Below are positions 28,244-37,381 of a stretch of DNA of 47,252 bases, one piece after another. The DNA comes from Myxococcota bacterium. Its GTDB lineage: Bacteria; Myxococcota_A; Polyangia; Nannocystales; Nannocystaceae. The DNA lies in contig JBCCHT010000063.1 of the NCBI GenBank assembly GCA_039028615.1, positions 1 to 47,252 of the forward strand. The letters run 5' to 3'. The notes beneath the pieces are model-generated. The model was not told the DNA's origin. It saw only the letters and a list, made by a program, of their open reading frames with translations, and did no database searches. The stretch's first letter is position 1. Every line of letters begins with the position of its first letter. The position numbers and the translations under genes were made by a program.

Positions 28244-28864
28244 ATGAGGACCTCTTCGCCCCCGGACTCCCGCGAGGAGCTCGAGCGGCAAATCCGCGTC
28301 CACGTCGACGCGCGACGCTGGGACCAGGCGGCCACCTGCGCCTTGCGTGGTTACGGCGGCGAGCTGCTGGGCTTCCTCCATGCGGTGATCGGCGATCCGA
28401 GCGAGGCGGACGAGGTCTTCTCCGCCGTCTGCGAAGCGGTATGGGCGAGCCTGCCGAAGTTCCGCTTCGAGTCCTCGTTCCGCACCTGGCTGTACGGCGT
28501 CACCCGCAACCTGGCGCGTGAGCACTGGCGGGACCGAAGACGTCAGCGGCGACACTTCGCCCCGCTCGACGGTGACTCGGCCGCGGCCAAGGTCGCCGCC
28601 GCGATCCGAAGCACGACCGCCATCCACCTTCGTTCGCAGACCAAGACCCGCCTGCAACGCATCCGCGACAGCCTTCCGCCCGAGGATCGGATGCTGCTGG
28701 TGTTGCGGCTCGATCGCTCTATGGCCTGGCGGGACATCGCGCGGGTGCTGAGCGAGGATGAGGACCTCGACCTCACGCGGGCCGCGGCGCACCTGCGCAA
28801 GCGATTCGAGCGGGTGAAGGCGAAGGTGGCCGAGCAGTTGCGGGCGGACGCGGCGGGGCGCTGA
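28244..28864 (+). CDS. ECF RNA polymerase sigma factor
   Basis: Region 2 YGGELLGFL...FRFESSFRTWLYGVTRN; region 4 LPPEDRMLLVLR...MAWRDIARVL. Confidence 0.9.
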   Translation: MRTSSPPDSREELERQIRVHVDARRWDQAATCALRGYGGELLGFLHAVIGDPSEADEVFSAVCEAVWASLPKFRFESSFRTWLYGVTRNLAREHWRDRRRQRRHFAPLDGDSAAAKVAAAIRSTTAIHLRSQTKTRLQRIRDSLPPEDRMLLVLRLDRSMAWRDIARVLSEDEDLDLTRAAAHLRKRFERVKAKVAEQLRADAAGR

Positions 28865-28981
28865 CGGTGGTGGTGGACCTTCGATACAGCCGAGGCACCG
28901 TGAAGCTGGGGAGATCGTAGGCAGCTCGCCCAAGCGGTGAAGCCCCCGGACTGAGCCCCGAGAGGAGTTATCATCGTCTCG

Positions 28982-30181
28982 ATGGGCTTTCGCATACTCC
29001 TGGTGTTGGCCGCTGTTCTGCTCCTCGTCGCTGCCATCATCCCATCCAATATCGCGGTCTATGGCGCGGCGTCGTCGCTGTATCTGGTGTGGCTCGCCGG
29101 CACCCACCACGTGCTACTCGTCAAAAAATCCCGAGCAGACCAATACACGTCGTCTCCCGAAAACGACATGCTGACGCACTGGCTTCAAGGGGCGGTGGTG
29201 CTCTTCGGTGGCGCCTTCTCGTTGACGCAGTTCACCTCGGTCACCGCAGCCGAGTCCGTGCAAGTGCGTGTGGCCCCCCGCGAAAATGGAAGCTTCGTAC
29301 GCACCTGCATCGACCAGCGACCCGGCCAGGACCCAGCACTGCGCATCACGGCACAGATCGAGGTCGAGAACCTCGGCCAGGTCGACACGAAAAGGCTCCT
29401 CGCACGCGCGTCGCTGGAAGCTCCCCACGTCGATGAGCTGCGATGCTGGGGCGCGTCTCTAGACTCGACTGCCGCCAACGACGAGAGCCGCCTTTGTGGC
29501 GTTCCGCCCAGCGATGAGCCAGAAAATCCGCTCGAAGCCAGCATCGGTGCTCTGTCTGCAGCCGCCACCGGTTCCGCCGTCTTTCATTGGTGGCTCCCCG
29601 TGACCAAGGTACCGCTGGGATGGCACGTCGACGGCAAATACGGAACGACCCTCGGCAAGTCGCACGTCACCCACGAACTCCGCATCACCACCTGCGTCCA
29701 GAACGCCGGTTCCCAGAAACCCGCAAGAAGCGAATGTGCCCCGGAGTTCACCCAAGAGGATGGAATATGGACGACGACGGTCCGTCTCGATCAGCTCAAC
29801 CTCGACCGGATTGGTTCCTGCGAAACGAAAACACCCATCGCCACGGGGAACTGCTACGTCAACGGCCAGCTCGTCGCAGGCTACTCGAACACCGGCCTTA
29901 CCCTGAACGGTTGCTCCGAGCACTGCGTGTATTGTGTCGAGCGTCTGAGTTCATCTCACACGCCACCGGAGGAGGACGGCGACGGCGAGGCAGCCCAGGA
30001 ATCGTGCGTCACGCTATGGCAACCGTTGACTGCAGGGGAAGACGCTCGATGGTGCCGGGGCTCCACGACGGGAGAATGCAAACCCAAGCAGTGCTCGACA
30101 TTCGACCACACCGAATCTTCTCAGCAGCAGGCAACACCCGCTCCAGAACCGACGCCCACGGGTTCCAAGTCGCCATCGTAG
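28982..30181 (+). CDS. Hypothetical membrane protein with Cys-rich C-terminal region
   Basis: Three N-terminal hydrophobic segments; long ORF; visibly more AT-rich codons than its neighbours. Confidence 0.6.
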   Translation: MGFRILLVLAAVLLLVAAIIPSNIAVYGAASSLYLVWLAGTHHVLLVKKSRADQYTSSPENDMLTHWLQGAVVLFGGAFSLTQFTSVTAAESVQVRVAPRENGSFVRTCIDQRPGQDPALRITAQIEVENLGQVDTKRLLARASLEAPHVDELRCWGASLDSTAANDESRLCGVPPSDEPENPLEASIGALSAAATGSAVFHWWLPVTKVPLGWHVDGKYGTTLGKSHVTHELRITTCVQNAGSQKPARSECAPEFTQEDGIWTTTVRLDQLNLDRIGSCETKTPIATGNCYVNGQLVAGYSNTGLTLNGCSEHCVYCVERLSSSHTPPEEDGDGEAAQESCVTLWQPLTAGEDARWCRGSTTGECKPKQCSTFDHTESSQQQATPAPEPTPTGSKSPS

Positions 30182-30208
30182 CCACCCCCCTGGCCGGGAT
30201 GACTCTCC

Positions 30209-31327
30209 ATGGATGAAACCAGCTCGTTCGCGCGTACCCCCGCCGTGCGAACCTGGTGTCTGATCTCGGTGGCGTGTGCTGCTTGCGCGGCCACGCCCGT
30301 GCCCCGAGAGCCACCTGGGTCTCCCGAGATCGAGCCCGACCCCGTTGCAGTCGAGACCGCGTCCACCTCCATCGTCGAGCCCGACCCCGCCACAGCACCC
30401 ACACCACCGCCCGGGTTGCTCGGAGCGAACCCGGGCTGCCCGGCGATGCGGGTGTTTCGCGACGACGAGCACCTGTGCACCAACGGGATCATGCCGACCC
30501 ACGCCTTCGGCAGCTGCGAGCGTCTGCTGGTCGATGGGAAGGAGTACATGGAGTCGAGTACGTCGATCGACTCGGTCGAGGCCCTCGGCGGGACCGCGCA
30601 GCTGTTCATCAAGGGCTACCTCGGCTCCTACGACGCCACCGTCGAGGACGTATACCTCGGACTCACGGGTCCCAACGGTCAGGTCTTGCTGGCGCAGATC
30701 GGCAGCCACGACTCCCGATACGACGATGCCCTAAAGATCGTGAGCATATCTGGAGCGCCCGACGCCGTCGAGGTCGAGGTTCGCCAAAAAATCTACCCCG
30801 GGCCCGATGAGCCGGGTGACGGGACCACGAGCCGCGAGACGATCCGCTGCGAACGCGCGCAGGACGGTGGGATCCGTTGTGGTGGCACTTGCCCCGAGCT
30901 CGCGGTCGCCCTCGAGCGGCCCCCGCTCGACTGTCAGGCCCTCGCGGCGTTCGATTGGTCTCGGCTCCCGCGGGGACGCCGACTGAACCCCGACGACTGG
31001 GGTGGACGCTTCGCCGACGAACAGTTCTACGCTGCCCTGTCCGTCTGGGATCTCGAGGACGAGCGGCCGGTGCAAGCGGTGCGCGAGGTCGAGATCGAGA
31101 ACCGAGTGTTGACGATCCTGAAGGTCGCGCCGCGACGATGGGTGATGCTGGAGGACTCGGTGCCGCTGTTCCGCAGTGTCGAGCCGATCCAGGTCGGGCC
31201 CGCGCCGGGCGGGATCTACGTCCGCGGAGGCTCCGCAACGACGCGGAAGATCAAGCGCCTTCATGTTCGCTCGCATGAGCTCGAGCCAGTGAGCCCTGGG
31301 CCGTGCACCTTCGACACCGACGAGTAA
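30209..31327 (+). CDS. Hypothetical lipoprotein
   Basis: VACAAC lipobox-like signal, Pro-rich linker, GC3-biased codons. Confidence 0.65.
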   Translation: MDETSSFARTPAVRTWCLISVACAACAATPVPREPPGSPEIEPDPVAVETASTSIVEPDPATAPTPPPGLLGANPGCPAMRVFRDDEHLCTNGIMPTHAFGSCERLLVDGKEYMESSTSIDSVEALGGTAQLFIKGYLGSYDATVEDVYLGLTGPNGQVLLAQIGSHDSRYDDALKIVSISGAPDAVEVEVRQKIYPGPDEPGDGTTSRETIRCERAQDGGIRCGGTCPELAVALERPPLDCQALAAFDWSRLPRGRRLNPDDWGGRFADEQFYAALSVWDLEDERPVQAVREVEIENRVLTILKVAPRRWVMLEDSVPLFRSVEPIQVGPAPGGIYVRGGSATTRKIKRLHVRSHELEPVSPGPCTFDTDE

Positions 31328-31348
31328 GCGAGAACAATGGTGCCCCGC

Positions 31349-31879
31349 TCACCCGCGTTCGTGCGGGCCGAGGCCGGGATATGTTTCGCACACCACCTCG
31401 AAACACCCACCAGTCCATGACCGCGTCCACGCTGGTTCGAGCGCGGCCGAACACACCCGGCCTTCCGCAGTGTCCTCGCACGAAATTCCGGCGTTGCAGC
31501 ACGCCGCGCTCGTGGGCTCGTCGGTATTCCATAGCGGGCTCGGTGGAACGTCTTGCAGGAGTTCGGCGTGCTGCGGGCGAATCGAACAGTCGCCCTCGTC
31601 ACCGATGAACGCCACGAACAGCGCCGCGTAGTCGCGAAAGAAACCGAAGGCAGGGTCCTCGGGATCGCGCGCACGCTGCCAAGCACGCTGCGCCGCGACC
31701 AAGGACGACTCATACTCGCAGCCGTCGAATCCTACGAGGCCCAGGCAGGTCAGCAGCTGTCCTGGGTCCCGTGTGGGGTCGAAGTTGTGGTGACCCGCGA
31801 CTCGCTCGAGCCAAGGGCGCGGGGTGAGATCGGGCACCAGCATGCAGGTGGCAAGGGCAACGAAGCGACACGCGAGCAT
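31349..31879 (-). pseudogene. Internal fragment of a myxobacterial VWA-like Cys-rich lipoprotein
   Basis: GCEYESSL...GFFRDYAALFVAFIGDEGDCS...TSAACCNAG matches the GC.FE..L/GFLR..A.L....TDE.DCS motif; the signal peptide and DxSxS N-terminus are missing. Confidence 0.55.
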
Positions 31880-32115
31880 GCGCCGCGAAGGTCATGCGAG
31901 CGACGTACCAAGGGCTATGATTGCGATCTCGGGCACCTGGCAGCGCCCGACTTGGCAACTTGGTTGGCGATGAGCGCTTCGGTGCAGGTTCGTCTCGAGG
32001 ACGACGACTCCGAGGGTCCCACGCGAGCAGGGGCGCAAGCTCGATCTCGAAAGAGCGAGGCCCCGGACTGCGATCGTCCGCATCTCCGGGGACCGGTCCG
32101 CTCACCGAGCAGACC

Positions 32116-32763
32116 TCAGCATGCCGCCAAGAACGCGGCTTCTTCGGCCATACACACGGGCATGCCCCCGCCAAACTCAGCGCACGTCAGGGCACTCAAG
32201 CACACGACGAAATCCTCGAATGCCATCACGCACGCTGGGCCGTAGTTCATCGCCAGGGTCATCTGGTAGTTGTCGCAGTACGCTTCTGCATAGGCCCCAT
32301 ACATCGGGTCGTAGCAGTAGGCCACGGTCGCGCCGTAGGCTTCACAGGGCGTCGTAGCTGGACCGGTGGAGCCGCTGCTGCTCTCGGAGTCACCGCTGCT
32401 CTCGGAGTCACCGCTGCTCTCGGAGTCACCGCTGCTCCCGGAGTCACTGCTGCTCTCGGAGTCACCGCTGCCCGTGGAGGACGTCCCCTCCGAGGTGCCG
32501 CTCGATTCCCCCGCGATGCCCGAGGAACTCGACCCACTCGTGCTCGAGTTTGCCGTGCCCGTCGAACCTCCGGTCCCATCGGCACCGGAGGTCGTCGATG
32601 CGGGCCCCGGCCCGGGGGAAGTCATGGTGGTCGCCGTTCCAGAGCTCGATGCTCCCGAAGACCCATCGCCCCCCACCCCGTCGTCAACGGGGCAGCCGAG
32701 GGTCAGGGGCGCGATGGAAAATAGAAACCAGAGGTTCGTCCGATCTTCGTCGAAGGTACGCAT
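32116..32763 (-). CDS. Ser/Thr/Gly-rich, Cys-rich lipoprotein
   Basis: LTLGC lipobox, low-complexity linker, C-terminal helical Cys-rich domain. Confidence 0.8.
   Translation of the reverse strand: MRTFDEDRTNLWFLFSIAPLTLGCPVDDGVGGDGSSGASSSGTATTMTSPGPGPASTTSGADGTGGSTGTANSSTSGSSSSGIAGESSGTSEGTSSTGSGDSESSSDSGSSGDSESSGDSESSGDSESSSGSTGPATTPCEAYGATVAYCYDPMYGAYAEAYCDNYQMTLAMNYGPACVMAFEDFVVCLSALTCAEFGGGMPVCMAEEAAFLAAC
32377..32466 (-). repeat. Five 18-bp tandem repeats encoding SGDSES
   Basis: GCTGCTCTCGGAGTCACC x5 on the + strand, one copy with 2 substitutions. Confidence 0.9.
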
Positions 32764-32978
32764 GGGGGTCACAGAAGATACCCGGGATAAAGCGATGGAC
32801 ACCACTTGCAGGGATGCATCGGCGGTCGCTCATCCCTGGCCCGAGTCGTGCAGGTGCCTTCGCTCGACGCACGCCGTTGCGAATCCTGATTGGCCTTTGT
32901 CCAAAAAGTGCACCGCTGCCGGGACAAGGTCCGGGGTCGGGGCACTTGTCGTTCGAGGAAAGGGGAAACACCGAGCCC

Positions 32979-34397
32979 ATGTTCAATCACTACCGCCCAT
33001 ATAGGGGTCACGCCCTCGTCGCCGCGGGCATCGCGTTCGGGTGCACCGGGGGGTGTCTCGCCGAGGAGGACCCATCCCTCGAGTCGAGCGAGTACCGCAC
33101 CGAGCCGCAGCTGATTCAGGGGATCACGGTCTATAGCCAGGCCAGCAGCACGCAGAGCGGCAACGAAGCCGCCAACATGTTCGATGGCGACACGTCGGCG
33201 AGCTGGGGCGCGCGTTGGTCGGCCAGCGGCCTGCAGTCGAGCAGCAAGAGCGCCAAGTTCGACCTCGGCCAAGAGTACGTCATCACGCAAGTGCGGCTGC
33301 ACCCGTTCAAGAACCGCGCGTATCAATACGCGGTGAAGATCTCGCCGACGGGCTCTTCGCCGTGGAGCGACATCGTCGATCGCCGCGGCAATACCGAAGG
33401 AGGCGGCGTGCTCGTCGACGACATCCCCGAGGTCCCCACGCGCTACGTCGAGCTGCTGATCAAGGGCGCGTCGGGCTATGGTGGCAACTGGGCCAGCATC
33501 CGCGAGCTCGAGCTCATCGGCTACCCGGTGGGTGGCGACGGCGATGGGGGCGATGCGGCAGAGGGTGGAGACCCGATCGGTCTCGATCCCAGCCTACCCC
33601 CGGGGGACAACTTCGATCTCGAGTTCTGGAAGATCACCTTCCCCAACGCAGAAGAGGAGCACCAGGATTGGCTGACGGCAGGCGGCGAACGGCCGGGCGA
33701 GTTCTACACCGATCCGGTGACCGGCGGTATGGTGTTCAGCTGCCCCAACGCGGGCGAGACCACCAGTAGCAGCACCAAGTACTCGCGCACCGAGCTCCGC
33801 GAGATGCTGCGCGGCGCCGACGATGGCATCTCCACGCAGGGCATCAACGGCAACAACTGGGTCACCAGCACGTCCAGCGCCTCCAATCGCAATGCAGCCG
33901 GGGGTGTCGATGGCACCCTCAACGCCACGCTGACTGTCGACCACGTGTCCACCACGCACGACGATGGCAACGAGCACATGGTCGGGCGCGTCATCGTGGG
34001 GCAGATTCACGCCCCCGACGACGAGCCCTGCAAGCTGTACTACCGCAAGCTACCCGGCAACACGCGAGGCTCGGTCTACTTCGCGTACGAGCCCGAAAGC
34101 GGCAGCGATGTCATCTACCCGCTGCTCGGAAGCCCGGACAGCGATGCCAGCGACCCGGAGGACGGCATCGCGCTGGGTGAGCCGTGGAGCTACGAGATCG
34201 ACGTCGATGGTCACCAGCTCACGGTGACCGTCACCCGCGAGGACGGCAGCACCGTTTCCGACAGCATGACGATGGACTCGTACTACGACGACGCGTACCT
34301 GTACTTCAAAGCGGGGGTGTACAACCAAAACGACGGCGGTGCCGACGGGGACTACGCCCAGGCCACGTTCCATGCGCTCACCCACACCCACGATTGA
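32979..34397 (+). CDS. Polysaccharide lyase family 7 (alginate lyase) with N-terminal F5/8 type C (CBM32) domain
   Basis: PL7 motifs YSRTELREM, QIH, YFKAGVYNQ; CBM32-like AANMFDGD...RWSA...FDLG...RYVEL...WASIRE; signal peptide with Cys. Confidence 0.92.
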   Translation: MFNHYRPYRGHALVAAGIAFGCTGGCLAEEDPSLESSEYRTEPQLIQGITVYSQASSTQSGNEAANMFDGDTSASWGARWSASGLQSSSKSAKFDLGQEYVITQVRLHPFKNRAYQYAVKISPTGSSPWSDIVDRRGNTEGGGVLVDDIPEVPTRYVELLIKGASGYGGNWASIRELELIGYPVGGDGDGGDAAEGGDPIGLDPSLPPGDNFDLEFWKITFPNAEEEHQDWLTAGGERPGEFYTDPVTGGMVFSCPNAGETTSSSTKYSRTELREMLRGADDGISTQGINGNNWVTSTSSASNRNAAGGVDGTLNATLTVDHVSTTHDDGNEHMVGRVIVGQIHAPDDEPCKLYYRKLPGNTRGSVYFAYEPESGSDVIYPLLGSPDSDASDPEDGIALGEPWSYEIDVDGHQLTVTVTREDGSTVSDSMTMDSYYDDAYLYFKAGVYNQNDGGADGDYAQATFHALTHTHD

Positions 34398-34461
34398 ACG
34401 GGGGCGCCACCAGCGTTCGCGATATACTGGCGAGCGGTCGCATCACGCGTCCTCTCGCCCC

Positions 34462-35097
34462 ATGAGCGACGATCTCGAATTGCTGCGGCGCTGGAAGGCC
34501 GGGGATCGGATGGCGGGCAATCAGCTGATGGCTCGCCACTACGACTCGATTCATCGGTTCTTCGAACTCAAGGTCCCGGCCGCGGCCGAGGACCTGGCTC
34601 AGCGCTGCTTCCTCGCGGCCATCGAGGGTCTCGAGCGGTTGCGCGAGGGGGGAAGTGTTCGTGCCTACCTGTTCGGGATTGCGCGGTACCAGCTCATTCA
34701 CCACCTGCGAGACGGCGGCCGGCAGCAGCGCATCATCGGGTTCGGCGAGGCGGATCGAGTGGACAGCGCCACCTCCCCGAGTCGGGTGGTGGCGCGCCAA
34801 GAAGAACAGCGGCTGCTGCTACGAGCCCTGGACGACCTGGCCACCGACCAGCGGATCGCCCTGCAGCTCTTCTACTGGGAAGGGCTCTCCAATCGCGAGA
34901 TCGGCGAAGTACTCGAGATCCCGATCAGCACGGTCACCAGTCGCATTGCCCGCTCGCGCGATCAGCTGCGACGCATCGTGGCCGAGCTGCCCGCCGTGTC
35001 ACCGCGTGCGCGAGCCTCGGTCGATGCCGATCTCGAGGGGTGGACGCGCTCGCTGATCGCCCAACCGAACGAGCGCTGGACCACGTCCTCGGGGTGA
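34462..35097 (+). CDS. ECF RNA polymerase sigma factor
   Basis: DLELLRRWKAGD, AEDLAQ, VRAYLFGIAR, LFYWEGLSNREIGEVLEIP.STVTSRIARSR. Confidence 0.92.
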   Translation: MSDDLELLRRWKAGDRMAGNQLMARHYDSIHRFFELKVPAAAEDLAQRCFLAAIEGLERLREGGSVRAYLFGIARYQLIHHLRDGGRQQRIIGFGEADRVDSATSPSRVVARQEEQRLLLRALDDLATDQRIALQLFYWEGLSNREIGEVLEIPISTVTSRIARSRDQLRRIVAELPAVSPRARASVDADLEGWTRSLIAQPNERWTTSSG

Positions 35098-35128
35098 GGG
35101 GTCCCATGCGCCTGCTATCATCCCGACG

Positions 35129-36571
35129 ATGGTGGCTCCCCGGCTCGACGACGCACCCGGGCGTCAGCTGTCGGCCGGGCGTCGTCTCGGTCGATACACC
35201 ATCCTCGGCCGGGTCGGGCACGGCGGCATGGGGGAGCTGTACGTCGCGCGCGACGATGAGCGACCGCAAGCGCCTCCACTGGCGCTGAAGGTCCTGCTGC
35301 CCCACATGGCCAGCGATCCCGAGCTGGTCCGCATGTTCCTCAACGAGGCGCGCTATGCCGCGCTGCTGCAGCACCCCAACATCGTCGCGGTTCACGACGT
35401 CGGCCAAGCGGGTGGCGAGCACTTCATCGCCATGGAGTTGGTGCAGGGACCCGACTTGCGGATCCTGCTGCGGGAGGTCGCCCGCTCGGGCGGGCTGCCG
35501 CTCGATGTGGCGCTGTCGATCCTCGCCCCCGTGGCCTCCGCCCTGCACTACGCCCACGATTCGCACGACAGCGCCGGCCGCCCGCTCGGCCTGGTGCATC
35601 GCGACGTCTCGCCGTCCAACGTAGTGATCGGAAGCGACGGCATCGCCAAGCTGGTGGACTTTGGTCTGGTCAAGGCGCTGCATCAGACCACCGTCACTCG
35701 GACCGGCGTGCTCAAGGGCAAGATCGGCTACATGGCGCCCGAGCAGCTCGCCAGCGGGCAGCCCGTCGATCGGCGGACCGACGTGTTTGCCATGGGCGTG
35801 CTGCTGTTCGAATGCACCACGTGCCGACGGCTCTTCGTGGGGGACAACGAGTTCGAGGTGATGAACAAGGTCGCGCGCGGGGAGGTCGTGCCGCCGACGA
35901 CGATCGTGCCCGGCTATCCTCCGCGGCTCGAGTCGATCATCTCGAGGGCATTGCAGACCGATCCCGCCGAGCGCCATCCCACCGCGGCCGCGCTGGTTCG
36001 AGACCTGCAGGAGTTTGCGCGCGAGCACTCGATCGCGCTCGGGCCGGATCGGGTGGCGATGGTGCTGCGCCGATTCGATCTGGTGGGACCCCAGGCATCG
36101 ATCGGGGCGATCACCATTCCGAGGCGGGGTGGCACGGCACCGGCCTTCGGCACACCTGCGGAGCAGCCGCGTCGCGCTCGGCTTCGGCCCGGCACGGTGG
36201 GACTCGGTACGCTGACGCTGGGCCTCGGCTTGGCGCTCGGGCTACAGCTTCGTGACTCCGAGCCACCACCGACGGAGACGGGCGGGTCGACCGTGGTACC
36301 GGGCGACACGAACACACCGAGCCCCTCGAGCCCGGCCGCGGTTACGCCCGAGCCCGAGTCGGCCGTGGCCTTCCCCCCGGAGGACTCGCGGCCGAGCCAA
36401 GCCCCCGCAGACGAGTCCGAGGTCCTGGAGGCAGCACCGGAGCCCGAGCCCGCGATGGAAGCGACACCTGCCCCGGCCAAGAAGAAGAAACGCCGACGGC
36501 CGCGATCGAGTGCACGGACCAAGCCTTCGACCGATCCGCTGGAATCGCTGCTGCCGCAGGGCGGGCGCTGA
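35129..36571 (+). CDS. Hanks-type Ser/Thr kinase, single transmembrane helix, Pro-rich tail
   Basis: GHGGMGELY, ALK, HRDVSPSN, DFG, GKIGYMAPEQ. Confidence 0.93.
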   Translation: MVAPRLDDAPGRQLSAGRRLGRYTILGRVGHGGMGELYVARDDERPQAPPLALKVLLPHMASDPELVRMFLNEARYAALLQHPNIVAVHDVGQAGGEHFIAMELVQGPDLRILLREVARSGGLPLDVALSILAPVASALHYAHDSHDSAGRPLGLVHRDVSPSNVVIGSDGIAKLVDFGLVKALHQTTVTRTGVLKGKIGYMAPEQLASGQPVDRRTDVFAMGVLLFECTTCRRLFVGDNEFEVMNKVARGEVVPPTTIVPGYPPRLESIISRALQTDPAERHPTAAALVRDLQEFAREHSIALGPDRVAMVLRRFDLVGPQASIGAITIPRRGGTAPAFGTPAEQPRRARLRPGTVGLGTLTLGLGLALGLQLRDSEPPPTETGGSTVVPGDTNTPSPSSPAAVTPEPESAVAFPPEDSRPSQAPADESEVLEAAPEPEPAMEATPAPAKKKKRRRPRSSARTKPSTDPLESLLPQGGR

Positions 36572-36638
36572 ACCGCCGCCCCTTGGTCCATCGCTCGATC
36601 TGCGCGACCCTGCTCGGGTGACCTCAGCGCCTCGCTCG

Positions 36639-37376
36639 ATGCGACGACTGCTCGCCGTGGTGAGTGCATCGACACTCATGGGCGCGCCGCTCGACGCACT
36701 CGGGGCCGAACCGGCTGCACCGACGCCCGCGCCCCTGATGGAGCCATCGGCTTCGGAACGGGCCGATGCATTGCTCGAACAAGCGCAAGACTTGCTCGCG
36801 AAGAGCCGCCACGACGAGGCACGGTTGCTACTCGACGAAGCCTACCGGCTCGACCCACGGCCTTCGCTGCTGTGGGCTCGAGCGCAGGCGGCTCGCTGGG
36901 CGGGTGACTGCGTGGCGGCAATCGATCTCTACGAGCAATATGAAGCCGCGGGTCCGTCGGCGGCCGACCTGCATCGAGCCCGGGCCAACGCCGAGCGGTG
37001 CCGAGCCACCCTGGCCGACGCCGGGGTGCCGGTCGCTCCCGACACCGAACCCGCCCCAGAACCCGAACCGGAGCCGGTGCCTCCTCCGCCGGAAGCAGCT
37101 CCGCCTGCACAGTCGCCCCGTCGCCCCGCACCCGGCGTTGGCTTGCTGGCCACGGGAAGCGCCATATTCGTCGCCGGAGGTGCGCTGGCGGCCGTCGGTG
37201 CATCGACCTCGGCCCGCGCAGGCATGGCCCCCACCGAAGAAGACTTCGGTCGCCGCCTCTCCGCCTCACGTATCGAGCTGGGCGTGGGCGGAGCCCTGTG
37301 CGGCGTCGGCCTCGGCCTCGCCACCTGGGGAATCATTCGGCTCGTGCGTCACCGTTCGCGACGCAGCGCTCGCTGA
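36639..37376 (+). CDS. TPR protein with signal peptide and C-terminal membrane hairpin
   Basis: EAYRLDPRPSLLWARAQA..AGDC..AIDLYEQY TPR; Pro linker; two Gly-rich hydrophobic helices. Confidence 0.8.
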   Translation: MRRLLAVVSASTLMGAPLDALGAEPAAPTPAPLMEPSASERADALLEQAQDLLAKSRHDEARLLLDEAYRLDPRPSLLWARAQAARWAGDCVAAIDLYEQYEAAGPSAADLHRARANAERCRATLADAGVPVAPDTEPAPEPEPEPVPPPPEAAPPAQSPRRPAPGVGLLATGSAIFVAGGALAAVGASTSARAGMAPTEEDFGRRLSASRIELGVGGALCGVGLGLATWGIIRLVRHRSRRSAR

Positions 37377-37381
37377 CGTGC

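Noticed and set aside
2007..35125. Recurring TCATCCC/GGGATGA in several intergenic regions as an ECF promoter element
   Set aside because: The same 7-mer occurs many times inside coding regions and has no consistent spacing to a -10 element.
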